From NCBI GenBank assembly GCA_951406725.2, contig OX597814.1, forward strand, positions 211,296,001-211,360,000: a DNA stretch of 64,000 nt, read 5' to 3'. Under the pieces are notes generated by a model that was not told the origin of the DNA, searched no databases, and was given only the letters and a program-made list of their open reading frames with translations. Source of the stretch: Octopus vulgaris. Lineage: Eukaryota. Below, piece after piece: positions 45,293-59,724 of the stretch (the first letter of the stretch is position 1; every line of letters begins with the position of its first letter). Made by a program: the position numbers and the translations under genes.

Positions 45293-46128
45293 TCGTCCAT
45301 TAATATCATGAAATGCAAATTCAGCTCTGGTTGGTCTTTCAATTCGTATTGTCGAAAACTTTAATTAAATATAGTAATTTAATTAGTCGAAACTCTTCTG
45401 ATTGTCTTACCACGATGCTTTTTGGCTATCAATTGTATTACTGATAAAGCGAAGAATGTCCACTCTTCTTGATGTTTAGCCATTGTCAGATGTAATCGTG
45501 TAGGTTCAGATTTTAAAAAAAATCTTCCCTGTATTTTATTATTCTGACAATATATAGAGGATTATGAAACCCAGTGTAATTTTCTAATTTTTCAGAATTT
45601 AATTTGCAATAAACACAGCATTTGATTCGAACCAATATTAGTCACCCTCGGTTACTATTTATAAACTGTGGTAAGGACAATCAGGTGCAATTTCTAAATA
45701 GAATACCATATCAGTATATTTTTGAAGATAATTTTTTGCTTTCTGTCTATGGATATCGTATAATTTACAGATCTTGTGCAATGAACATAGCGATGCAAAG
45801 TATTCCTGAAAAAATATCCCTTAGCTTAAAACAATACATTAACATTTTCAAATGTTTATCTATGTAATTACATGAGGAAATTTTTCAGAATCTATCAGTA
45901 AACACATTATACAGAATCAAAGAATATTCGGTGCAAAATGACTTGCATGAATCAATATTTATATCTAAATTTGCTAAGTTGGTAGCATACCTAACAGTCA
46001 AAGTTAAATTTAAATATAGTTTTACAGACATACGAATATCTCATGACTGGTTAAAATGCAGAGTTAAAAATTAGCATATTCTGAGTGAATATTCATCATT
46101 CTATATACACACATATACACATTTATAG

Positions 46129-46182
<54 letters not shown>

Positions 46183-46280
46183 GAGTGTATTTACATATAT
46201 TTACACTTACACACGCGTATATTTGTGAGTGTATGCATTCGTACTGAAATCAATTGTTGTGCTTTATATATATATATACA

Positions 46281-46331
46281 TGATTGATTCTAGTTTCAGC
46301 TCACGAGCTGTGGCCATGCTGGGGCACCGCC
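46281..46331 (-). mobile_element. Isolated ~50-bp LINE/SINE 3' tail inserted in (AT)n
   Basis: Minus: GGCGGTGCCCCAGCATGGCCACAGCTCGTGAGCTGAAACTAGAATCA. Confidence 0.8.
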
Positions 46332-46338
46332 ATATATA

Positions 46339-46378
<40 letters not shown>

Positions 46379-48180
46379 TAATTCATTGCTAGGTAGGCAC
46401 ATACATATACCCCCACCACATACACACAACCTCATCCTTGCATCTGTTGATGTGTTTGTACGTGCAATTCAAATATTGAAATTTGTCATGTTGCTGTACG
46501 ATTATATAAATTTTAAGACGACATTCTATCCAAATATCTATTTTAAGTATGATATGCAGATTTCTACTTTTAAATAATAGTAGTTTCAGTTGATAATAGC
46601 TAATTCCTATTTAGCCTCCCATCACAATACGCCATCATTATCTTTAAATCACTGTTTAAATACGTTAGTAAGCAGGCGTTTTTTTTGGCGTATCGTACAG
46701 TGTCAGATGATACTTGCTAATGGCGAATCTCAAAGAAGAAATATAACTCTTAGGAACACCCCTGTCCCCGCGGGACTAGTTCGTCACCTACTGCTGATAT
46801 TAAACGCAATGAAAATGATGTAAAAATTGACCAGTGTCTTTATTTGTTTACAATAAATTTATTGGTATTATTCCTATAAATCTGTCTTTTCCGGATAATT
46901 GTCATATTCTTCGGCTATCCAGAAAATTATGCAAATCAAAAAGGTTGTTACTGTTATATAAACAACATAGACATATACGAATGTGAATTGAATCTTTTCT
47001 TGGTGACCAAATCTATTGAATTGTTATATATTTTATATGTGGTAATTTAGTAGTCCTGGTTTGCATAAGCCTCTAAAGTTGGGAAATTACTTTTTTCTCC
47101 CTCATTAAATAATAGCTTGTCTCAAAATTCTCTATGCTCTTATTACATTATAAACCTTTTTTTTTATTTCAATCTTGCATAAAACCAAATTTAAGATATA
47201 TTTCAAATTATATTTTGCGAATTTTTATTTCCATTTATAGATAAATAATTGCAGATATTTCTCTTTAATTACACATTACAACAAGTGAAATACGTTACAA
47301 ATGCACAACCGCTAAATGATATGTCTGGCAAATTGAAAAGAAAATATCCTGAGTACTTTGATATCTCAAATCATATTCTTGAATTTTAAGTGGAAAATAT
47401 TCAGTTCACGTGACACGTCTGTCTTTGAAATGCTACAACGTTTCACTTAAAACAGCAGGATATAGCTGTGCGCTTTTCTTTGTTGTACGTGTGAGAAGTA
47501 TGAAATTTCTTTGTTTAGTTGAATCCTGTTGTATCTATTCTACAACGTTTGAATATTTTAAAGCTGTCTTAATATGCGTTTCTTATATGAAGTGTCTAAT
47601 TACCAATTCAATTGTTTCTCCTTCATATACGTCGCAGGGAGACTGTATACTAAACATATTTCATAGTTCTTTTAGAATTCACACTAAAGAAAGACATTGA
47701 AGAAGAATTATCATTGAGCTATCTCTTAACGAGGCGGAATAGGATTCGTAGCAAAAAGATAGTGCGTTATAAGATATAAAACGTGTCTACTCGTGTTCCT
47801 GGAGTGACGCGATTTGTGAGGAATAAGTATATAGAAATTTACAATATATGTGTAGTAATAGAGAGTTATTTTCCATTGGGACAAAACTTCAATTTCTATT
47901 ATTATAGTGATTACGGTGATAGAGATTTACAGAAATCAAATTACCTCACTAACAATTTCTTCTATCAGTCCTAGAAATATGCTATCTTTGTTCTCATAAC
48001 CTTACTGGGCGTAAAACGATTTACTGATAATCAAATATATATTATAATTCTTGTTGATAGTTTTAATAACCCCCAAATCTTTTCACACTTATAATAAACG
48101 AATGTGTCTTCTCATTTTTGAGGACTCAGGGATATAGTTTCAGGGTAATTTTATTGTTATTTCTCACACTTCACTGTTCC

Positions 48181-48218
<38 letters not shown>

Positions 48219-48219
<1 letters not shown>

Positions 48220-48382
48220 TACGATGTAATTCTTTCAGTTTCCGTTTACCAAATCCACTCACAATGCTTTGGTCGGCCCGAGAATTTAGTTGAAGTACCC
48301 TGGCCATGATGCCACGCAGTGGGACTGAACCCGGAAATATGTGATTGGGAAGCAAACTTCCTACAACTTACCCACGCCTGCG
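48219..48382 (-). mobile_element. SINE family A, 5' half
   Basis: TTCTTTCAGTTTCCGTTTACCAAATCCACTCACAA...GCCACGCAGTGGGACTGAACCCGG. Confidence 0.88.
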
Positions 48383-48383
48383 G

Positions 48384-48418
<35 letters not shown>

Positions 48419-48429
48419 CGCAGATGTGA

Positions 48430-48760
48430 AATTAAAAAAAAGTTGCAATCCGGTTATAACAAGAGGGATGTTTCGAAGCATTTGTCTATAGTTATCTTCT
48501 TTCTGTTTGATTTTCAAAGAGATTTTCGTATCAGCAGGATAACCGACCTCTATGACGGTACATTATTTTTCTTGTCTGTCCCAAAGAACAATATTCAGAC
48601 ACTTGTGCTTAAACTTGACAGATATTTTGATGAGAATCTTTCGACTGTATTTCTCATGTTGACATTTGTCTGCATATTCTATCGGCATAATTTTGTTCAA
48701 GTTGGGATAAAATTCGTCCAGGGTATTTTTTGTACCGATTCATATATCTGATAGAAGGGT
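48430..48760 (-). pseudogene. Decayed restriction-like endonuclease (PD-(D/E)xK) domain of an R4/NeSL-type non-LTR element
   Basis: Minus translation KISVKFKHKCLNIVLWDRQEK*CTVIEVGYPADTKISLKIKQKEDNYRQMLRNI resembles the RLE motif (RPDIV.....C..IEV..P.D......K..KY). Confidence 0.65.
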
Positions 48761-49619
48761 CTTCACGGGTTTTTCATAGCATTGAAACAGATTTTGGTCA
48801 AGATGTACAGACCCAGTAAAATGACAGGAGTACTTACGCCTTCTTTAAAAGCTTACTGGTGCTGTGATGCTGTTTTCATCGGTGGTAGTTTTGTTAGTTT
48901 CAGCTATAGTCAAGTTAGCAAAATCCCACTTCCCAAAATATAGTTTAACCCCATAACATCGGTTGACGTAAATTTACGTGCGCGGTGTGGTCACAATGAG
49001 TCAGAGGATGAATATGTACGCAGCCCTACCTGTTGCGGTTTTGTATTCTTTTATGTACCGAGTAATATGAATATCCGCTATTACTCTGATAGGTCTGTTA
49101 GATTCTTCATGTAAATATTTCTAACTCAGTTCGAGACTTCATCACCATAAGAGTATAAAAGCAACGGTTTTGTCGGTTACAGTACCATTACCACTATAGC
49201 TTCCTATAAAATTCGTATACGTTCATCAAATTCTTCTGCTACGTCACACGACATTTACAGTCGCAAGCAACTACACTAGTTTACGGTCCTTGCAGCAATG
49301 ACAGTTTTCATAAATAAACAGTGCATGCTTCAAAGCAGTTGACGTAAATATAAACGGAACTGTTGTCGTGCACTAATTGCTGATCTCGGCCGAGATGATT
49401 ACAGTCAGTGCAACTTAGTTGCCTGATTAAAAATTTTGGTCTTGGAAATAAATGACTCTATACGCCTGCAAATCTGATGCTGATGCCGCTACCGTGTATG
49501 TATGTAAGTATGTATGTATGTATGTATGTGTTATGTAGGTAGTTAGGTAGGTAAGTATGTATATAAGAATGTATGTAGAATGTATGTATTAATCCTATAC
49601 ATACTGTATTGAGATAAAG

Positions 49620-49663
<44 letters not shown>

Positions 49664-50129
49664 CACACATATGTAAAGATCACGGAATGACATTTATAAC
49701 AAGACCAAATACAGCAAGATTAAGCAGATAGATTATATGCTTGAATATTATTTTGAAGTAATGGAAATATTCACACATTAAATAATGTTTGATATGCTAT
49801 ACTGCCAATGATGAATATTTAGTTAAAACCATAACGTTAATATGATTATATGCCACCAGCTATTTACCTTATATAGAGAACCTACATCCAATAATATTAA
49901 GATCAAGAAATTTACTGCGTACTTAGTTAATTTTCTTTGCGTTGTTAGTGCAAATCCAACCAATGTTGTCTTGGCTGTTCTTACGTATCACCCTTGGTCG
50001 ATTAGATACAAAAATAACTTTGAAAAGTATATAATCACTACTACATGTGAATAAAATTCTGAACAAATGTGAGATAAATATAATAACTCAATTAAACTTA
50101 TTTTGTGGTAAATAGAATACGTATCTGTA

Positions 50130-50290
50130 GTGAATATGGGTTTCAAATGTTGGTACAGGACCAGAGATTTCGTGGGAGGGTGCAAGTCGAGTGTGTCGGT
50201 CTCATTCTTCAACTAGTGCTTATTTTATTGATCCTGAAAGGGTGAAAGACAAAGATGACCTCGGAGGATTTTGAACTCAGAACATAACAT
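50130..50290 (-). mobile_element. SINE family B fragment (alternative tail)
   Basis: TATTTTATTGATCCTGAAAGGGTGAAAGACAAAGATGACCTCGGAGGATTTTGAACTCAGAAC. Confidence 0.8.
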
Positions 50291-51729
50291 TTGTCGTGAA
50301 TATTAAAAGCAAGTTTGTAACTTTATTTTCATACTGGCTTACGACCCGCATATATGTATACGTGTGGTGGTGATGAGTATTCACAATCATTTATACATCA
50401 GCACACACAGACATACTGTGTGCGCGTGTGTGTAGATAGAACTAGAGATTTTCTCTCAGATAAAAGTTAACGAAACAAATGTTTCTATCAGCAATATCAA
50501 ATTATTTTCTGCATATGCTACTTTCTTCTTGTTATAGTTGAACATCTTTCCAAAGGTTATTCATTATCCGGTAAGCTTATTAGTAAAGTCGTTCTTCTGT
50601 GACCGTTCCATCTTTACTTCGCACATAATATAATCATGGCATTATGTAATATAGTCTTCATTTTTAAATTTTCTATAGTTGTATAATATTTTACTACTAT
50701 TGTTTAAAACAAATTTACCGACTATATGAAGATTATTTGTTTTACTATCCGATTTATACAGTTAAAATAATATGTGGAGAGAATTTCATTTAACTTGCTT
50801 TGTAAAAGATTAACTGTATGAAATACATGAAGTACTATTTGTAACAAAATAAAATTTTAAGACATGCCAGAATCTGAGAATCAAACGTTTATATTAGCAT
50901 TTCATTTATATGGCTAAAACCATTTTATACATCTTGCTACTTAAAATGTTCATATTGAAGTAATTGTGAATTCCCTATTATTCTATGTTGTTTACTTATC
51001 TTTGATTCGGAAAACTTACAAAGACAAAGTTGCCAGATCGCAGTTGACATTTATCTTTATAACTTTGAAGTTTAAATATCTCTATAAATAGGCTAGTAAG
51101 AAGCAAGGCACTCTCAACAACATAGTCTTAGAATGTTACTCATTGCAGCAGCATCATACGATACGAACAAACAAGGTAGGATAAAGGAAAGTAAACTCTC
51201 TGACATACGCACACAGCAAAGAAAATAGAAATAATTCATAAGGAGATTTATGTGATGTTTGCGATTACTCAAGTGCTAAGACTGCTACAAAAACATAAAT
51301 GTTTTATGCCTACCAAGAAAATTGTTTTTAATATAGATGTTTAGCTAGTAACCAGTGTGTTCTATAACATAAAAGAATAATGTGTGTAAGTTAACTTAGT
51401 ATTGATTCTAAATAAAGGTCGTAATAAGATGCCAGCTACGAGCAATTATTCAGTGATGAAGAAGCAAAATAAGTATTTGACTAATATCCATTTCCCCTCG
51501 CTGGATTCTTTTCCTAGTATTTAATGATTAATATTGCTTTAAATTTTTGGCAGGTACAGAAAGTAACATTTTGTGCTGAACGTAGAAAAATAGAACTGAT
51601 TTGTGAATAAATGTTGCGAACTGCTTGATTAGCATAAATAGTAGAAAACCTCCTTGAAAAAAAACTCGAACAAAAGATTCGAAATAATAGTGGAGTTATC
51701 AATATGCCAGAAATAGTTCTTTAAAAAAC

Positions 51730-52420
51730 TACTATGGATAATTTACAGAAGTCTGTCTGAAAGTTCTACAGAGAGAGGCTACTGTTTCGAGATATAATCT
51801 ACAGACACAAAAGTGCTGTCAGACAGGACTGTTACTCATGCGAGCAGGCTTTTGATGATATGTCGAACAGCTGCTGTCACATGTAGGATTGGTCCGTCTA
51901 CCCTCCTTTAATCAGAAATACAAGTGTGTTTTCCTTTGTCTGGTGGTGATTGCGAAAGAGGTATAAGGGCAAAGACATTCCTCTTTGGTAAATCCGAATC
52001 AAAATTTAGAGCTTCACTCGAAAACGAATGTGAGCGTAGAGGGGGTGGTGCTATCCTCGAAATAATTTTTTGAAAGGTTGATGAATATGGAGAAAATAGC
52101 AAAAGTTGATGGGACTGCTCTAAGTATAGACATGTGAATTGGAAAGGACACTTGCCCTTGGTACTCAGGGACACCTTAGATGGTGGGGCTTCTCGATTGG
52201 ATGTATAGGTCATCTTGTATCAGGAATATCACACCATTGTTATCGATTTTTACTAACGTATACTATGTATAATTCGTTCGTTAATCGTTACTGTATACTG
52301 CGTATACTTTTTATAATAGTTATCGTATTATTTCATTCTATGAAAATCACCATAATTTATGTATATCTTCACCATTTATGTCCGCTTCATCATTGCCCTG
52401 GTGGCAAATGAAAGAAATCA
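51730..52420 (+). mobile_element. Decayed 3' end of a Tx1/L1-type LINE (zf-RVT region and 3' UTR)
   Basis: FYRERLLFRDIIYRHKSAVRQDCYSCEQ / VEQLLSHVGLVRL / VFLCLVVIAKE, then a T-rich UTR ending GCCCTGGTGGCAAATGAAAGAAAT(CAT)n. Confidence 0.65.
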
Positions 52421-53282
52421 TCGATATCATCATCTTCATCATTATTAATATTGTTGTTTTTGTTGCTGTTGTTATGTTGACTCTAGATCTAGAGTCCACT
52501 TTGATTTTACTTCCTGAAGGCTGTGTTAAAAGCACACCTTTTATAAACGGCGTTGAGGATTTTTTTACCAATGCATGTCTATCATTTTGTATAAGTGTCA
52601 AATTGTATTTATATATAGTGCAGCTTTGAATAATCCGATCGTTAAAGCCTTGCAGCAAAACAGATTGGTCTCTAGAAAATGCACGCATATCACAGCCCAT
52701 CGGAACGCAGGGTAAAACGTTAAGAGGGATACGAAGTACGCCATCTCACAATGTCTACTTCACATAGAGACAGTGTATACACATTTAACACCTTATGCCA
52801 CAGAGTACATTTGTTTTCTGCATAGATTTATCAAATTACGTCACCATGCTTTCACTAGATACGTCTTTTCAAAAACTAAGTGTTCATATATCTCTTGTGA
52901 TTTTCCCAATTGGAAAAGTGGTAAACTAATTCATCGATCCACAGGATGATTATAACCGGGGACATTTTTGATCATAAACGCAGCATACAACAAAAATTAT
53001 AATTCTTCCTACAATGGGAAGAAGTTCTGTATACAGCAAGAATGAAAATATCACGCCACAGCTGGAGTATTTTTTCTTCAGGAAAAATGGTGTCTAGCAA
53101 CAATAAACTGTAAGAAATTTTAGCGGAACATTATCTGCCTCTCAGTATTCTGGAGGAAAAGTTCCAGCATTTGTTTAAAAATCACCTTTTCAGTATTTAT
53201 GCAATGCATCTGTCTCTCATCATGTTGCTTATAGTCTATGTTTTATTACAAGGTATTATTAAGCGGAGTAATTAAGGTTTTG

Positions 53283-54262
53283 AACTGGAAGAATCATTAG
53301 CACGCCGGCCAAAACGTTTGGAAGCATTTCGTCCGTCTTTTCTCTCTGTGCTCAAATTAAGCTGCGTTCGACTTTACATCACATGGTTGATTAAATCGAA
53401 TAACTCCCGTTCCAATTTTTTTATGCCTTGTGAAAAGAATTATTAAACCACTGTAAACTTGAATATTGATTTCTAATTTTGACATAAGACCAGCAATCGA
53501 CACCAGTACTCAACAGGTACTTATTTTATCGACACCGAAACGATGATCGGTTAAATCCGGCCGGGTTGGAATTTCAAATAAGGACATGAAGATGCAGAAA
53601 ATGCCGCTATCCATTTTGCCGGATTGCTAACACTCCAGCCAGCATGCTGCCTTAAGGAAAATATTGATACTGCTTTCAAATTTTTGCACAATGCCAGCAA
53701 GTTCGAGAGAGATCGTAAGTGAGTTACATCGATCCCAGTACTCAGCCGGTACTCGGTGAAATTTGAACTCAAAACGTAAAGGCAGACGAAATGCTGCGAA
53801 GCATGTTGTCCGCTATGCTAACGATTCTGCCTTCAATGGTAAAATTAATGTTAAATGTTATAAAACCGAAACGTTAGGATAGACGTTAAGAGTTGTATCA
53901 TCAGTAAGTCGTATGTGTTCCTGTAGCAGTGTGTTTCTTTAGCGAACGCACTAAACACGCGTTGCTCAGGTTCTTGTTGCAGTTGCGATTGTGCTTCTGG
54001 ATGTAGATTCCCACATCTACCAGTTTACCGCATACAGGTTAACCAGCATGGAATCTTCCACCAGATGACAGCACCAAAATTAATGATATATTCATTTGTA
54101 GAATTCTGTTTCTACAACAATATTACCTTCATCCGCCGAGGTCAACCTTGCCTTTCATCCTTTCGGAATCGATAATTTAAGTACCAATTGCGTACTGCGG
54201 TCGATCAGATAGACTAACCTCCTCCCATAAAATTGCGGGCCTTGTGCCTAGAGTAGAAAATA
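53283..54262. mobile_element. Cluster of four SINE family B copies (+ 53283-53440; - 53465-53651; - 53665-53832; + 54130-54262)
   Basis: TTAGCACGCCGG, GTACTTATTTTATCGAC, ATTTGAACTC...GCAGACGAAATG and GAGGTCAACCTTGCCTTTCATCCTTTCGG motifs. Confidence 0.8.
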
Positions 54263-54829
54263 ATATTACCTTAATAAATGTTGCATCCAAAATAAAATCA
54301 TCCACTAAGTAGTTAGGGAGAAATTTGAGGTAGACGTGTAAACTATTTTTAATAGGTCCATCAGCCATCAGAGTGTTCTCTTAATGTATACAGAGACGCA
54401 CACACACATACATACAATTATAATTGCACTGACACACATATGCCTAGTTCACTTCGTCCATTGTCTGACGCAATAAAAAGTGAGCACCACTGAGTATAGC
54501 ACACATGCTTAGGAGACAGACAGGTATATATATGTGTATATATGGATGTGTGTGTGTGTAAATTTATACACATATATGTGTGTGTTTGTGTGTATGGCTG
54601 TATATGTAAGTATATATACATATATGTGTGTGTGTGTGTACGTATATGTATGTATATACGTAGCTATCTGTAGATAAATACGTACACATCTGTATGCATA
54701 TACGTGTTGGTCTAAGTACTTATGTCTTAACACATACTCTCGGTTAGACTGCAAGAAACGCAAAGCCTACGCACCTACACACACGAGCACCACCATATGT
54801 GTATATATATATATGTGTGTGTGTGTATG

Positions 54830-54912
54830 TGTGTGTTTAGATGTATGTATATATGTATGTGTGTATGTATGTACATATGTACGTATGTATTTATGCATAC
54901 ATACACAGAGAA

Positions 54913-54945
<33 letters not shown>

Positions 54946-55119
54946 TATATGTATGTATATGTGTGTGCGTGTATGTATGCACATATGTACGTATGTATTT
55001 ATGCAGACATACACAGAGAAGTGTGTGTGTGTGTGTGCGTGTTTATATGTATGTATATATGTATGTGTGTATGTATGTACATATGTACGTATGTATTTAT
55101 GCATACATACACAGAGAAG
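54830..55119. repeat. Higher-order tandem repeat, 3 x ~100 bp, built from microsatellite sequence
   Basis: ACATATGTACGTATGTATTTATGCA.ACATACACAGAGAAG recurs three times, separated by (GT)n. Confidence 0.88.
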
Positions 55120-56014
55120 GAGAGACAGACAGACAGAAAGACAGACAGAAAAAAAATTAAGATAGCCGAGAGAGACAGATCATTAATTTAGTGATGGAAA
55201 TATTCGGAGATATTGATTCGAAATAAAATAAGGAAGATAAAAATTAACAATGCCAAAAAAAAGACAAAACAAAAAAAACAACTACAACTGATGAAAATTT
55301 AATGGCGATTGATGGGTAATTTGTATAAATAACAGCGTGATGACTTAGTAAGAATGCACGAGCTTGATCTGAAGTAAAGAACAAATGAATGTTTGCTATG
55401 GATTTATCGGATTTGCCTCGCGTAGTAACTGGTCTAGTGGACTTGAAATCCGAAAACATTATGACTAGATGTATTGATGAATATAATAAGTATAATCTGC
55501 AATATTCTGTACTGTTTCGTCTGACCTAATTCTTTCAATCATATACACTTCTACAGAAGAATCACTCTGAAGCAGACGAACTAATGAAGATGACGTCATT
55601 GGTATTATCCTACCAATGTTGCTACTTAAAAACAAACATCCAGATTGACAATACATGGCGTCCCATAGTATTCCTACTAGTTGCTTCCTTATATTGTTAA
55701 TGGTTAGTAAAAGTGGTGTAGGTAGTGGTGATGGTAATATTAGTTCATTGTTTCGTTGTGATTGTTGACGTTTGACTGTTCTTGTTTTTGTTGTTTAAAA
55801 GTGGATAGCCGATATGTTAATTAGAGATAATGTTGTCATTGTTTCTTCTGCTGCTGTTGTTGTTGTTGTTAATGTGAGACGCCGGTGGGTTGCAGTGTGT
55901 TTGTAACGATTTTGACAATTTCGAAATTATATATAATATTGATTAGTTTCAGCTAGACATAAGATATAATATTCAATACCAGTGATCTATTTTCAGTGCG
56001 TATAGAGGTATTTG

Positions 56015-56399
56015 TGGAGGCGCAATGGCCCAGTGGTTAGGGCAGCGGACTCGCGGTCGTAGGATCGTGGTTTCGATTCCCAGACCGGGCGTTGTGAGTG
56101 TTTATTGAGCGAAAACACCTAAAAGCTCCACGAGGCTCCGGCAGGGGATGGTGGTGATCGCTGCTGTACTCTTTCACCACAACTTTCTCTCACTCTTACT
56201 TCCTGTTTCTGTTGTACCTGTATTTCAAAGGGCCGGCCTTGTCACTCTCTGTGTCACGCTGAATATCCCCGAGAACTACGTTAAGGGTACACGTGGCTGT
56301 GGAGTGCTCAGCCACTTACACGTTAATTTCACGAGCAGGCTGTTCCGTTGATTCTGATCAACCGGAACCCTCGTCGTCGTAACCGATGGAGTGCTTCCC
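56015..56399 (+). mobile_element. tRNA(Arg-like)-derived SINE, family D variant 2, with 11-bp TSD
   Basis: Same head as 22742-23045 but a different 3' half. TSD AGAGGTATTTG at 56004-56014 and 56400-56410. Confidence 0.93.
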
Positions 56400-56835
56400 A
56401 GAGGTATTTGATTTTTCTTTCATCCATTTTCTCAGAGGAAGTCGTATAGTAGTTTCAACGCTTAATTCTCTTCATGTGAATGATTCACGTTTTAATGCTC
56501 CCCAAGATATGGAAAGTCACTGAGATCATACAGAAATATTGTCCATTGCATTATATCAGTAGATATGTTTTCTCTTTCTGACATTTTCATGCTCATTGTC
56601 ACTATCCAAATCAGTGTAAGTAAATGGCTAGAAATTGGTGCATGTATGTTGTGAGTGTCTCGATATTTCCGAAGTGTCTCTCACAGCGATCAAGCCTATT
56701 TGATATATCTATATGAATATACCGTGTTGTAAAGTTTTATCAAATTTCATCGCAGAGACTTTACACCAAACCACTTCATGAGAGAAGGATTGAACGTACT
56801 CACTATTAAAAGTTTTGTAGTACTATATAATCTAC

Positions 56836-56876
<41 letters not shown>

Positions 56877-58688
56877 GTATAGGTATATGCACATCCTTTT
56901 ATATGTGTGAGAGTGTCTATGTGCATGCGTGCTAGCGTGTAACAGCCACGTGTATCATACGTGAAACCTCAACTCCGTATTATTTCGACGATTATTATAT
57001 TCAATTGCTAATAACCTCAAGAGCAAAATAATAATGATATCCAAATTATAAGTTCTTAAGTCATGGGGACCAGGTTAACGTTAGCTATGAGAATGTTATG
57101 TTTATAATGAACTTACTATGTCAATACCGGATAGTAAAACTAGTTAAAGAGCTATGTTTATTTATAAGACTTCTTAGCGGTGTTATTCCAATGAGAACTT
57201 ATATCATTAGATATCAGAAATAATTTCAGCTCTCCATCTGGTACTTTGAGCTGTACAATAAATGCTAATAAGGGAGACAAATACTTTTCATTTATTAATG
57301 TATTTGTCAAAGAACAATAATTTATTACCTCCACAGTTCTCGAATTCTAATAAAATAAACAATGAACCATTTTCTGAGATCGCATAATGTAATCTATTTC
57401 CTTTTTCTTCCAACATATGTGTGCGTGTATGTAAATATGTGTAGTGTATATGTGCATATGTGTATGTAATGTTTATATATTGAAATTTACTTTAGCATGA
57501 ATTTACATTATACATGACAAGTATTCTAGCAACGTTTCCATTTCCGTTCACTGGTTGATTAGTACTCCCCTACATCATTAAAGGACAGAGAAATGAAAAG
57601 GGAAAAAAATGTTTATTAAAACGAAAATGAGTAGGTAACGCTTTCTGCTGGTGTAGAATGGTGCTGAATGGCGACTTTAGATCAATGTAAACCATACTAG
57701 CATGAAAATAAATAGTCGCTGAAAGTGCAATCTTGAAAAAAGAGAATGTGGTTTGCAGAGAATAAGTAGAAGAAGACGGAGGAGCGAGTGAATTAATTCG
57801 GACACAAAAGAAGACATTAAGGGGAAATATCCATATAAATGTCTTAAGTAATGCTTGTGCATTTTGAGTGTGAACCACGATTGTGATTATAGCGGGAATA
57901 TATCGACTAACGGTATTCATTAAAAGTTAGGTGTGATACAATGCAGAGAAACTCTTAATGGTTATATTATCGCTGTTCTTGTAGCTGATGCTCTAGTTGT
58001 TGTTGATTAACATTCAGACAGCCTTGATCGAACAACCAAATCCGTTGTCCTTGCGGTTGTTATTGTTAGAGGTATCGTTTATAAAGTTTATTCAGTTATT
58101 GTTACTTCCAATGTTCAACCATAGATAAAACTGCTTGAACCGGCTTCCAAAGCGGTCTTGTCGATCAAACACTTGAGAATGATTTCCACATTGCTGCACA
58201 AATATAAATACAAGATACAAAATATGCAGTGTGTTAGGTAGGATCAAAGCACGTGATATGATTACCTTTCTTGTAACAATCATTTAAATATGAAGAGGTA
58301 GAAAGAGCAGTAAATCACAATCGGATGTATATGAGGAGGCGTTTATTGTTGTTAATGCGATGGGTTCCTCACCCGTGATCAAAAGCATTCCAGACACGGC
58401 GAACCTGTCTACTTCCTATATCTAAGGCTACGTAAGCTACATTATCTAACCTTTACAGAAAAGCAGGTCAAAACCAGTTATGAACATACGAGTTCTCACA
58501 GAAGAAATGATAGCGAATTCCGATGAGCTAAAATGTTGTTTTCTCCAGAGAATTATGATAATATTTCCTCACAATTTCAAGTCAATATAAGTCTGGGTTC
58601 GCTTCATTTTTCAGGAATTAAGTGATAATAACCTACTAAAAATTGATTATGAGATTTTTGAAAACAACCTATTTTGTGAAAGTTCATG

Positions 58689-58821
<133 letters not shown>

Positions 58822-59724
58822 GTGTGTGTGTGTGTGTAAGTGATTGTGTATGAGTGCACGTGTGTGTGTCTATGTATGTGTATATGTGTGTGTATTCCTA
58901 TGCGTGTGTAGGGCGCAAATGCTTGGGAAAATAATTTAACAGGAAAACTAGGTTTATGAAGTACATTAATACCTTAAATTTGAGAAAATATTAAAAAAAA
59001 AACATTACATATTGAGTTTTAATGCATCATTAAACGAAAGGAGAAAATGATAGACATTATGAAAACTAGCAAGAGATAAAAATAAGAAAACGGAAGAGCG
59101 TTTCCAAACTTGTGTGTACGCAGTGATATTGGTTTAGTTAACTTGGGATATGCGGATAGAAGAGTATATATATTGCGATAAAAAAAAACATTGTCTAACT
59201 AATATTTGCCTAAGGACAAGTTAATCAAAAACTCATTTATATGATGAAGGTGTTTCCGGAAACGAAGCCACAAATATAATTTTATGAAAGTTTTCTAGTG
59301 TATGAGATTGATATCAGAGCTGAGACGTGTTTCTAAAGTTTAATGGATGTCAGCTTTTAATATTTGCATACTACCCATGAAAAATATATTACCAATTCAG
59401 TCACAAAAGTGTAAATAGGTCTCATTTCTGTTTGTTCATATCATGGTTTCAATTAATTTTTTTGTAATACACTTACTGTTAACATGAAAAGTGTACGTAT
59501 AAGAATTCAGTATACTCGTGAAATACCTTGCAGGTGCAAAATTAGGTCAATCTAGTAATAGTAATCCCTGTATCTAACTGTATCTAATTCTTTCCAAGCC
59601 TTCCTTTCAATATGCTTTATCATCGCATGAGCTTTATCATATTGGTGCACTTGAACGATACCTAACTGTAAGGTCTTGCGTACTTCCACCACTGCCCGCT
59701 TTAGATAAGTACATGAAGCATAAC

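Noticed and set aside
56016-56090. tRNA-Arg gene (likewise the tRNA-like heads at 2070-2139 and 22975-23045)
   Set aside because: No proper acceptor stem. The heads continue into SINE bodies, two of which are bounded by TSDs.
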